From: Gemmatimonadales bacterium
GTDB lineage: Bacteria; Gemmatimonadota; Gemmatimonadetes; Gemmatimonadales; GWC2-71-9
Direction of reading: 5' to 3'
Length of the DNA: 63,828 nt
Assembly (NCBI GenBank): GCA_039794085.1
Contig: JBDIWC010000022.1
Coordinates: forward strand, 1 to 63,828
Positions 20,268-28,837 of the stretch are shown here, piece by piece (position 1 is the stretch's first letter; every line of letters starts with the position of its first letter). The position numbers and the translations under genes were made by a program. Below the pieces are notes generated by a model, which worked only from the letters and a program-made list of their open reading frames with translations, was not told where the DNA came from and ran no database searches.

Positions 20268-20708
20268 TCAGATGTCCGCGAAGAGTTCCGCGAGCGAGAT
20301 CTCCACCGTCGTCCCCATGTCGGGAGAGCGCCACGTGACAACCTCGGTGCAGGGCTCGTCGGTTCGCTTCGGCTGCGTGGAGGAGACGAAGACCCGCCGA
20401 GCCTCCAGGTCCACCAGCCAGACCTCCGCAACACCAAGCTGGAGATAGGCGTCCCGTTTGTAGGTGCGGTCGTAGAGGCGGGAGGCGGGACTCAGAACCT
20501 CCACCGCGAGCCAGTGCTCCGTCACGTCGTCCCACGTGGATCCCGGGCCGGGCTTCCGTGACACCAGGATATCGGGCGGCAGCTCTGTCTTCGGGGGGAG
20601 ACGGACAACCCCGGGAGCGGTCACCAGAGCACCAGGCTCAGCCTTGAGCGCCTGAAGAAACGCCCCCGCGATCCGGGTGGCCACGATCTGGTGCGGCAGC
20701 GCGGGCAC
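20268..20708 (-). pseudogene. Uma2/DUF820 endonuclease, N-terminally truncated
   Basis: P...HQ, PDI, LAVEVLSP, D...K...Y...GV.EVWLVD. The usual N-terminal part is missing and it abuts a Fic remnant. Confidence 0.75.
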
Positions 20709-21500
20709 GATCTCCCGACCTTCACTTTGGCAAGTACTCCCCCGGCCGTCAACTCATCGAGATACCTGGTGGCGGTAATGCGAGATACGCTGAGTTCCTG
20801 CGCAAGAAACTTCACCCTGGTGTAGGGGTAGGAGAAGATGTTGTTGATCAGATCCTGGCTGTAGAACCTGTACCTCCGGCGCACCTCGTGCTTGCCGCCA
20901 GCAGCGCCTCTCGAATCGCCACCACCGTCGCGATCCCCTCGCGGGCGGTCTCCTCGACCGCCGTGAGCATGTACAGAACCCACTCCTCCCAGGCATCGTT
21001 CGTGCGGACCTCGTGCAGAAGCCGATAGTATTCCCCCTTGGTCCGCGCGATGTGCCTGCTCATGTAGAGGACCGGGATATCCAGGAGTCCCTCCTTCACG
21101 AGATAGAGCACGTTCACAATCCGCCCGGTCCGCCCATTGGCATCATAGAACGGATGGATACTCTCGAACTGATGATGAACCAGTGCCATCCGAATCAGCG
21201 AATCGATGAAGGAATCCTCCGGATCATTGATGAACTGTTCGAGCTCCTCCATGAGAGCGACGATCGTCCGGGCGTCCTGTGGAGGTGTATAGATCACCCT
21301 TCCGGCCCCATCCTTGATATCTCCGAGGAGGCCTTGGCCTCCTGGATTCCAAGTGTGCTCACGAGGATCTGCTGGTTGGGAATCGATGCCACCACCCCCT
21401 TGAACTCAGCAAGTTGCCGCGACGCGGTCGCCAGATGCTTCAGTACTGACGGCACCTCAAACCGAGACGGATGAATTGAGGTCAAGGGGGGTATAGACAT
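20709..21500 (-). pseudogene. Fic-family protein in three fragments
   Basis: Fic_N (IPNQQILVSTLGIQEAKASSEI), HPFYDANGRTGR and a C-terminal wHTH (YPYT...TATRYL) lie in different frames. There is an internal deletion near 21320 and a frameshift near 20895. Confidence 0.85.
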
Positions 21501-21587
21501 AGCCAGCTTTGTTTACATGTCGCCAACAATGTGTATAGAAAGCAGCCACATATATACACAACGAGGGTCACATGTATAGCCCAAGGC

Positions 21588-22286
21588 TCATTCTGATCCT
21601 CGTGACCGGGGTGCTGGCCCCATGGGGTGGCGGAAAAAGACCAGACAGGTCAGGGGATTGGAGGCCGGAATCGGGCCAGACCAAATGGAGGGGGGGGCGG
21701 CCAGCGGGCACGGAAGAAGGGGGGGTGAAGGGGGCGCCGGGGAAAACCAGCCTTCCCCAGCCCCAAAATTCCTCCCCCCCCCCCCCCCCGCAGTACGGGG
21801 CAGCGTGTCGGATTCCGGATTCATGCGGAGGGCGGAATCGGGGATAGGGCGGGCGGTAGCACCGGAGAGGAGCCCGTTCTGGAAGGCAATGGCCACCGCG
21901 TGGGAAAGGGTGTGGGCGCCGAGGCGGTGGCGTATCTGCCTGAAGTAATCCTGGACCGTCCAGGTGGTCAGGCGCAAGTCTCCGGCAATTTGTTTGGCGA
22001 GCCACCCCTGCGCAACCAGCGCCAGCACGTCGGTCAATCGCGGCGACAGCGACACCACCCGTCCCTCGGAGGCCCTGCCATCGAGGACTCCGTTGTGGAA
22101 GGCGATAGCCACTGCGTGAGGGAGCGTGCGAGCGCCAAGGCAGCGGCGGATGTCCCCGAAGGCATCCTGTACGACTTTCTTGTCCAACGCCAGATCGCCT
22201 GCGATCTGCTTCGCACCATTCCCCTGTGCGAGGAGATCGAGAACGCGCAGTAGCCGTTCGCGGGCTTGAGGTGGCAATCCCTCCAT
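21588..22286 (-). CDS. Tandem LuxR-type HTH regulator
   Basis: Two repeats of VL.L.AQG..AKQIAGDL.L....VQD.F..IR..LGA.TL.HAVAIAF.NG, with SD GAGGAGG. The C-terminus runs through G/C homopolymers and is unreliable. Confidence 0.85.
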   Translation of the reverse strand: MEGLPPQARERLLRVLDLLAQGNGAKQIAGDLALDKKVVQDAFGDIRRCLGARTLPHAVAIAFHNGVLDGRASEGRVVSLSPRLTDVLALVAQGWLAKQIAGDLRLTTWTVQDYFRQIRHRLGAHTLSHAVAIAFQNGLLSGATARPIPDSALRMNPESDTLPRTAGGGGGRNFGAGEGWFSPAPPSPPLLPCPLAAPPSIWSGPIPASNPLTCLVFFRHPMGPAPRSRGSE

Positions 22287-22671
22287 TGACCGTCCTCCTC
22301 TCACGGCACCCGTACGATTCCGATGAGGTGTTCTGTCGCGCGGTGTTCGAAGGGTGGATGGTACACAGGCGTCAGACAGGCAGTCAAGAGATCCAGCCAC
22401 AGACGGGATGGCGCCGCCCCGCAACAGTCATGCCAACGCGAGGCTTACTGGAACACCGACAAGTTGAGGGTGTCGGGATCTCGTGTCGTTCACCAAGTTG
22501 AGGGAGTCGCCGCTCCACTCTGAACGGCACGGGAATACCAGGTGAACGAGGAGGTTGACCCGCGGTACGGAGAAGTGCGCCCGCAAACGAGGGTGCACGA
22601 TCTGGTTTCGCTGCTTGTACCGGGCAATCGCAGACGGGTGTCTGCTTTCCTACTGATGGTTCGGAGATTTC

Positions 22672-23772
22672 ATGATCCACCGATTAGAATGGAGAATCGT
22701 GCGAGCAGTTGCCCATACGGGTGTTCTCGTTTCTCTGTATCTAGGACTCGGTTGTGTACAGGAACCTCGTGGTGCTCCCTCGGAAGAGGCCTGGCCCGAG
22801 TCGGTGGTGAACGCTCCTGTGGGGCACTTCACGGATGTGTTCACGTTGGCCGATTCGCTCACACTGGAGCAGCCACCGGATCAGCCATTGGTTCGGATAT
22901 CCGGGTTGGATGTCAACAGCGAGGGGACCATCGCCATCGCGGACGCATCCGAGGGCAACGTCAAGCTCTACGCACGTGACGGGCACCTCGTTTCCGTCAT
23001 TGGCCGAAAGGGCGAAGGTCCCGGTGAGTTTTCCCAGCCTCGCTTTCCTCGCTTCACGAAAGAAGATCAGTTGATTGTTGGCGACGCTCAGCTTGGCCGG
23101 GTCACATGGTTTGATAAGGAGGGCGGTTATGTGCGTTCCATCAACTTGGGTCTCGTGCCGATCATGGGGTTTCAGCTGACACATGATGGCTTCCTCGTTT
23201 CCGGGGTATCCGGTGATTCGACTGGCGATTCCTTCGCAGTGGCCAGAATCGATACTACCGGGGCCGTCCTGAGTCGACATATTCCCGTCCGTTTGATTGG
23301 ACCGTCTGCTTCCCCGGAATATCCGGGCTGGCGCTCGCTGACCCAGTACTGGGTGGCGGCGAGCGGTGACACCGCTCGAATTGTATCCACCCTCACCAAC
23401 CGACTGGTGTCGCTGCACCTCCCTTCAGGTTCCGTCCAAGTCTCGCAAGTAAACGTTCCTGAATATGTTCCTCCCTCCCCACCGGATGGTGGTCCATCGA
23501 TGACCGTGAAGGATCTGGTGTCCTGGCAGCGGGGGTTCCACATAGCAGCCACAGTCCTGGCCAGCCCTGAGTTGCTCCTGGTGCCCTTCGTGAAAGGGGT
23601 CCTGAACTATGGTGATCCGATGTTGCTTGCCGCCAGGACCAGTGACGGTAGATGGCGCACCTTGACAGGAGCACCTCCGCCGGTCCTAGTAACTGGGGAC
23701 TCCGTGTTCACGATCCTGCACCCCGAAGATCACTCCAACGTTACGCTTGGTGTCTACCGTGTTCAGCGGTAG
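22672..23772 (+). CDS. 6-bladed beta-propeller (NHL-like) lipoprotein
   Basis: Lipobox LGLGC, IAIAD...NVKLY and IGRKGEGPGEFSQP. Confidence 0.8.
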   Translation: MIHRLEWRIVRAVAHTGVLVSLYLGLGCVQEPRGAPSEEAWPESVVNAPVGHFTDVFTLADSLTLEQPPDQPLVRISGLDVNSEGTIAIADASEGNVKLYARDGHLVSVIGRKGEGPGEFSQPRFPRFTKEDQLIVGDAQLGRVTWFDKEGGYVRSINLGLVPIMGFQLTHDGFLVSGVSGDSTGDSFAVARIDTTGAVLSRHIPVRLIGPSASPEYPGWRSLTQYWVAASGDTARIVSTLTNRLVSLHLPSGSVQVSQVNVPEYVPPSPPDGGPSMTVKDLVSWQRGFHIAATVLASPELLLVPFVKGVLNYGDPMLLAARTSDGRWRTLTGAPPPVLVTGDSVFTILHPEDHSNVTLGVYRVQR

Positions 23773-23791
23773 GGCACGCGGGGGTCCGTTC

Positions 23792-24370
23792 GTGACGTTG
23801 TGGGCGATTGTTCTTCTCGCCTTGGGAGGATTGGGTTGTGATCGTGACTCAAGAGGGCCCTTCACGTCGCGGCCAGGGCATGGAGGAATCCAAGCCGGTG
23901 CCGCATGGGGTGAAGTGGGAGAGTCTCTGCACCGGGTACGTCTTCTCGGAAAGGCGGTTTCCTGCGGGACGGAGATGCGATCTCCCGCGACCGGTGTTTT
24001 GCTGATCACAGCCCAACAGTGTCTCAGTTGTCGGAGCGCGGGTGCCCTCATGCGGACAGCGGCGGCGGTGACGGAGGGACGGATGCTGATTGTTGTACCC
24101 GCATCTGATGCCTCTCTCGTCTGTGATTTTGTCCGGCAAGAAAAAGTGTCCCTTCCTGTAATCGAGCAACCTGACCATGCCTTCGGACCGCTCTTCAAGA
24201 CACATATGGTCCTCGCACTGTTGGGTGATTCGTCGTCCGGACACGAAGCCACAAGGATCGTGCTGCGTGATGGTCTTGACGGTATTCGTTGGTTGACAAC
24301 CACTCCTGATGTAGCTGAGGGTGTGGGGAGGCCGCAGGCAACAACAAACTCTAGCGTGGAGGAACGGTAA
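23792..24370 (+). CDS. Exported thioredoxin-like CxxC lipoprotein
   Basis: Lipobox LGGLGC, and a hydrophobic strand VLLIT followed by CLSC. The start is uncertain (23747 or 23792). Confidence 0.6.
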   Translation: MTLWAIVLLALGGLGCDRDSRGPFTSRPGHGGIQAGAAWGEVGESLHRVRLLGKAVSCGTEMRSPATGVLLITAQQCLSCRSAGALMRTAAAVTEGRMLIVVPASDASLVCDFVRQEKVSLPVIEQPDHAFGPLFKTHMVLALLGDSSSGHEATRIVLRDGLDGIRWLTTTPDVAEGVGRPQATTNSSVEER

Positions 24371-24585
24371 TGAAAGTCAATCTGCGAAAGAAGGGGGTCT
24401 TCGTGTTGGCCGTGTTGGGGACCCTCGGGGCCGGAAGTGGCGTCACGGAAAGCGAAGGGCAGGCACTCGAGGAAGGGCACATGCTCGTGATCGGCTGCAA
24501 TGCCGATGGGACTTATACCTGCGCCCAAATCGCCTGCGCTGAACCTCCCTACAACGGGCGCTGGTGCTGCTCGCAAGGAAAGTAG
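24370..24585 (+). CDS. Small secreted Cys-rich peptide A1 (71 aa)
   Basis: SD GGAGG, a basic and hydrophobic signal, and 5 Cys in GCNADGTYTCAQIAC...WCC. Confidence 0.75.
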   Translation: MKVNLRKKGVFVLAVLGTLGAGSGVTESEGQALEEGHMLVIGCNADGTYTCAQIACAEPPYNGRWCCSQGK

Positions 24586-24593
24586 GTGCAGCC

Positions 24594-24782
24594 ATGCGCA
24601 TCGTCCTTCCGTTGTTTCTCCTCGCTGTCGCCGTGCTCGTCACTGGTGTCGTGACAGCTCCCACGATGGTCGACGCTCAAGAACTTGAGCCAGACATGCG
24701 AGATCTCTACATCAAGTCGGGGAATCCAGATGGCTCATTCCTCTGTGCCCGGTGGTGTGGACTAACGGAACCCTGCTGTTAG
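24594..24782 (+). CDS. Small secreted Cys-rich peptide A2 (62 aa)
   Basis: Signal peptide ending VDA, and 4 Cys in GNPDGSFLCARWCGLTEPCC. It is paralogous to A1. Confidence 0.75.
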   Translation: MRIVLPLFLLAVAVLVTGVVTAPTMVDAQELEPDMRDLYIKSGNPDGSFLCARWCGLTEPCC

Positions 24783-24791
24783 CGTAGCGGG

Positions 24792-24832
24792 CCGTACGGT
24801 GTGCCCACTCCGGTAGTGGGCGCACCGGACGG
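24792..24832 (+). terminator. Stem-loop after the peptide genes
   Basis: Inverted repeat CCGTACGGTGTGCCCACT / AGTGGGCGCACCGGACGG. Confidence 0.6.
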
Positions 24833-25001
24833 TGATTTCACGCGGCATGAATGGCGAATCGTCTTTGGCCGGTACTGTCATGCTGCAAAAAAACACGCGG
24901 GTGCTCCGCCTGCGCCATAGGAGTATATTGCAGGCCGGAGGGGCCTGTCATTCTGGTTTCGGCAGAGCGCTGATGGTCGATCTTCCCTCCGGCGTCGCCC
25001 C

Positions 25002-25871
25002 TTACTCTGACCCCTCCCGTTTGCGGCGGGACAGCTCCCGCAGGAACTGCTGCTCCGCCTCGGTCAGGCTCGTCATCCCCTCCGCGCTGATCTTGTCGAG
25101 CACCCGGTTGATCTCCTCGCCAGGCGTCGGACCCGCGATCTCCTCCTCCGGCCCCTCCCGCTCCATCCCACCCCGCGGGGCCGCACTCGACCGTTCGGCC
25201 GACGCAGCCTCGACCCGGAGCCGGATCGGTGCCGCCGCCACCGGAGGCGCGGGACGCTCCTCCGCATCGTCGGCCGCGGGGACGATCCCGCGGAGCCGGA
25301 GAAAGGTCATCGCCGCGATCACGGCCCCCATGTCCGCCAGGTGGAAGAGCCCCCCCGACCGGAACCAGAGCGCGCCGAAGCCGACCACGCCCACCATCGC
25401 CCACACCAGAGTCCGCAACTGAACCGTGAGCGGAAGGGCAAAGACCGGCACCGCCCGATTGCCGTATATGGAGCCGTACGCCACCGCCATCCCCACCACC
25501 ACGCCCCAGGGACCCACCACGGGGGGAAGCTCACCGACCCGGGCAAGCACCAGCGCAAACAACGACGTCCCAAGACCGAGGATGAGGTAGTAGCCAAAGA
25601 AAATACCAGGCCCGAGCCGACGCTCCACCGCCGGTCCAAACACCAGGAGACCGAGCGAGGTCAGGGCCAGATGGCCCAGAGAGGAGTGGACCAGCATCGC
25701 CGTGAAGAGGGTCCACGGTCGGGTGGCGACCTGGTCGGGGATCAGTTGGAGCGACTCGGAAAAAACTGCCGAGGTGAGGATGGTGGACAACACCAGATGC
25801 ACCACCGCATTGACGATGAGTATCCGCCCGATCACGGGGGAGATGGTGGTGTCCTGCGCCTCGGAATCCAT
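25002..25871 (-). CDS. Rhomboid-family membrane protein with a C-terminal DUF6576-like domain
   Basis: PWTLFTAMLVH..LGHL, FGPAVE and C-terminal INRVLDKISAEGMTSLT.E. The GxSG motif is replaced by GPWG. Confidence 0.8.
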   Translation of the reverse strand: MDSEAQDTTISPVIGRILIVNAVVHLVLSTILTSAVFSESLQLIPDQVATRPWTLFTAMLVHSSLGHLALTSLGLLVFGPAVERRLGPGIFFGYYLILGLGTSLFALVLARVGELPPVVGPWGVVVGMAVAYGSIYGNRAVPVFALPLTVQLRTLVWAMVGVVGFGALWFRSGGLFHLADMGAVIAAMTFLRLRGIVPAADDAEERPAPPVAAAPIRLRVEAASAERSSAAPRGGMEREGPEEEIAGPTPGEEINRVLDKISAEGMTSLTEAEQQFLRELSRRKREGSE

Positions 25872-25987
25872 TGTCGGCCCTGCTTCCCGCTGCCGGCCGG
25901 GTTCGAGCCCGGCCGGGTCTGTTGAGTTCCTTGTACCTTGTCTGACGAGCCAGGCCCTCACTTGGTTCCAAGCAAGGAACGGGCCGG

Positions 25988-27004
25988 TCACCCCCGACCC
26001 GGTCGAACCGCCGCCGCACAGATCCGCTCGCAGAGGTCGGGGAAGGCGATTCCGACGGCCGCCGCGGACTGGGGGAGGAGGCTGGTGGCCGTGAGACCGG
26101 GCAGCGTGTTCACCTCCAAACAGAGCAATTCTCCCTCCGGTGTCAAGCGGAAATCCACCCGGGAGTACCCGCCCAGCTTGAGGGCATGGTGGGCCAGGAG
26201 GGCGAGGCGGCGGCATTCGGCTGCCACGGCGGGAGGGATGGGAGCGGGGAAAATCTCCTCGCTCATCCCCGGGGTGTACTTGCATTCGTAGTCGAAGATC
26301 TCGTGCCGGGGAATGATCTCTCCGACAGCGAGGGCCTGCCCGTCGAGAATCCCCACGGTCAGTTCCCGCCCCGGGATGAACTGTTCGATCATGATTTCGT
26401 CGTCGTGACGGCCGGCCAGGGAGAGGGCGGCGGGGAGGTCCGCCGGGGCCCGCACGATGCTGAGCCCCACGGTGCTTCCCTGCTTGGATGGCTTGACCAC
26501 CACCGGCCACCCGAGCCGGTCCTCGATCTCCCGGGCGTCGACTGGCGGAGGGGCCATGAGCCAGGGCGCGGTGGGCACGCCGGCCAGTTGGAAGAGCCGC
26601 TTGGAGATGTCCTTGTCCATCGCCACGGCGCTGGCGAGCTGGCCGCTTCCGGTGTACGGCACTCCCACGACGTCGAGCACGGCCTGGATGGTGCCATCCT
26701 CACCGCGTCCGCCATGGAGTGCCAGGAAGAGAACGTCGGCCTGACGGATGACGGGGAGCGACCCCAGGCTCGACAGCAGCACACCTCGCTCCAGTGTCAC
26801 CAGGGACTCGTTCGTGGGCGGAGTGACGCCCACCTTTCCCGAAAGGAGCGGCTCCTCGTCCGGCGGCGCGATGGTGCCCCGGGCGGTGTCCACGACGGAC
26901 ACGTCGTGACCGAGGCTCCGGAGGGCGGCCACGGTCTGCACGGCGGAGGCGATGGCCACGTCCCGTTCCGTGGAGGTGCCGCCGGTGAGAACAGCGATGC
27001 GCAT
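25988..27004 (-). CDS. ddl: D-alanine--D-alanine ligase
   Basis: GGTSTERDV, LHGGRGEDG, MDKDISK, SRVDF and LEVNTLPG. Confidence 0.96.
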   Translation of the reverse strand: MRIAVLTGGTSTERDVAIASAVQTVAALRSLGHDVSVVDTARGTIAPPDEEPLLSGKVGVTPPTNESLVTLERGVLLSSLGSLPVIRQADVLFLALHGGRGEDGTIQAVLDVVGVPYTGSGQLASAVAMDKDISKRLFQLAGVPTAPWLMAPPPVDAREIEDRLGWPVVVKPSKQGSTVGLSIVRAPADLPAALSLAGRHDDEIMIEQFIPGRELTVGILDGQALAVGEIIPRHEIFDYECKYTPGMSEEIFPAPIPPAVAAECRRLALLAHHALKLGGYSRVDFRLTPEGELLCLEVNTLPGLTATSLLPQSAAAVGIAFPDLCERICAAAVRPGRG

Positions 27005-27020
27005 GCGGGTCTCCCTGGTC

Positions 27021-28430
27021 CTAGCGACCGATCATCCGGTGCAGCAGGTCGTACCTGCTGATGATTCCGGTGAGGGTGTCTCCCTCTCTCACGAGCACCG
27101 CGGGAGTCTCGCGGCTCAGCATCGAGGCCAGGCGGTCAGCGGGGAAGGTGGCCTCGACCACGGGGAAAGCGGGATCCATCACCTCCCGGACCGGTCGATC
27201 GAGAACCTGGGGTTGGCCGAGGGCGTGTGCCATGAGGGACGATTCGATGAGGCCCCCGACGCAGGTGCCATCCTCGACCACCGGGATCTGGCTCACACCC
27301 CAGGTGCTCATGAGGTTGAGCGCCTGGCGCACCGCGGCTGCGGGAGCCACGCTCACCAGCGTCGGCGCGCCGGTGGTCCGGGGGTGGGCCAGGAGATCCT
27401 GGGCCGTGAGGCGCGGCATCTCGAGCATCTGGTTCTCGGCCATCCACTCGTCGTTGAAGAGCTTGGAGAGGTAGCGCTCACCGGTGTCGCAGAGGATGGT
27501 GACGATACAGGCATCGGGGTCGTCCACCTCGCGCGCCACCTGGAAGGCCAGGGCCACGTTGAGGCCCGCCGAACCGCCGACCAGGATCCCTTCCTCCCGG
27601 GCAAGGCGCCGGGCCATGGCGAAGGCGTCGCGGTCGGGAAGCTGGCGGAACTCGTCGATCAGATCCCACCAGACGGTGGTGGGTGCCTTGTCCCCTCCGA
27701 TCCCCTCCACCTTGTAGGGCGCACCCGCGATGCCCTCCATTGACCGGTGGTGGTAATAGTGGGTGTACATCGAACCCGCGGGATCCCCGGCGATGACCCT
27801 TATTCCGGGGTTCCTTTCTTTGAGATACTTGCCGGTGCCGCTCACGGTGCCGCCGGTGCCGGCGCCCGCCACCAGGTGGGTGACCTTGCCGCCGGTCTGC
27901 TCCCAGATCTCCGGGCCGGTGGTCCGGTAGTGGGCCTCGGGGTTCACGTCGTTGTAGAACTGGTTCGCGAGGATCGCGCCCGGGGTGTCCTTCACGATCT
28001 GCTTCGCCTTCATGACGTAGTTGTCGGGATGATCGGGGGGAACCGCGGTGGGCGTGATCACCACTTCGGCGCCGTAGGCCTTGAGGAGGCGGACCTTCTC
28101 CTGGCTCATCTTGTCGGGCATCGTGAAGATGCAGCGGTAGCCCTTGAGGGCGGCGGCGATCGCGAGCCCGACGCCGGTGTTGCCCGAGGTTCCCTCGACG
28201 ATGATCCCACCGGGCTTCAGCTCGCCTCGCTGCTCCGCATCCTCGATGATGGCAAGCCCGATCCGGTCCTTCACCGACGCGCCGGGGTTGGCGTATTCCG
28301 CCTTGCCGTACACCGGTGTGCGGATCCCGGCCCCCACGCGCTGCAGGCGAATGAGAGGGGTCCACCCGATGGTGTCGAGCACCGAGTCGTAGGGGGTGAG
28401 GTGTTGCGGCGTGGCGGGACTGGACGTCAT
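27021..28430 (-). CDS. Cystathionine beta-synthase with CBS domains
   Basis: SVKDRIG, EGTSGNTG, PDKMSQEK and YKVEGIG, with a C-terminal CBS pair. Confidence 0.92.
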   Translation of the reverse strand: MTSSPATPQHLTPYDSVLDTIGWTPLIRLQRVGAGIRTPVYGKAEYANPGASVKDRIGLAIIEDAEQRGELKPGGIIVEGTSGNTGVGLAIAAALKGYRCIFTMPDKMSQEKVRLLKAYGAEVVITPTAVPPDHPDNYVMKAKQIVKDTPGAILANQFYNDVNPEAHYRTTGPEIWEQTGGKVTHLVAGAGTGGTVSGTGKYLKERNPGIRVIAGDPAGSMYTHYYHHRSMEGIAGAPYKVEGIGGDKAPTTVWWDLIDEFRQLPDRDAFAMARRLAREEGILVGGSAGLNVALAFQVAREVDDPDACIVTILCDTGERYLSKLFNDEWMAENQMLEMPRLTAQDLLAHPRTTGAPTLVSVAPAAAVRQALNLMSTWGVSQIPVVEDGTCVGGLIESSLMAHALGQPQVLDRPVREVMDPAFPVVEATFPADRLASMLSRETPAVLVREGDTLTGIISRYDLLHRMIGR

Positions 28431-28837
28431 GGGATGGAGCCTCCTGCGGGAGGGGGGGGCGGAACGAAAAGGACCGGTTGACGGAAGGCGGTGGCCACCG
28501 GCATGCCGCTCCGCAAGGCGGGAGAATAACGGAGTTGGGGCGCCGCGAGAACGGCGGCCGAATCGAGGGCCGGGTAGCCGCTCGACTCGTCGATGCGGGT
28601 GCTGTCGGGGACCACCACCCCCTGGGCCGTGATGTAGAGGCGAAGCAGGACGGTACCGCCGATCCGCTCGGCGAGGAGCGCCGGAGGATAGACCACCGGA
28701 GAATTGGCATTCACCGGAGTCGGGGGTTCGTCGCCGGGGCGCACGCTGCTGGAGACGGGGGGGAGGGCCACCGTCGCGTCATCCGGGGCCCGACAGGCCG
28801 CAACCAGAAGGACCAGGGCCAGACCCCGACGGGTCAT
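28427..28837 (-). CDS. TonB C-terminal domain lipoprotein
   Basis: YPPA...GTV.LRLYI, ESSGYPALD.AA and lipobox VAAC. Confidence 0.85.
   Translation of the reverse strand: MTRRGLALVLLVAACRAPDDATVALPPVSSSVRPGDEPPTPVNANSPVVYPPALLAERIGGTVLLRLYITAQGVVVPDSTRIDESSGYPALDSAAVLAAPQLRYSPALRSGMPVATAFRQPVLFVPPPPPAGGSIP

Noticed and set aside
21572..22005. Gly/Pro-rich ORFs over the G/C homopolymers
   Set aside because: Low-complexity, possibly low-quality sequence.
22672..24782. Classical RiPP (lanthipeptide, sactipeptide or ranthipeptide) cluster
   Set aside because: No LanB/C/M, radical SAM, YcaO or C39 transporter is present, and the leaders look like Sec signals rather than double-glycine leaders.
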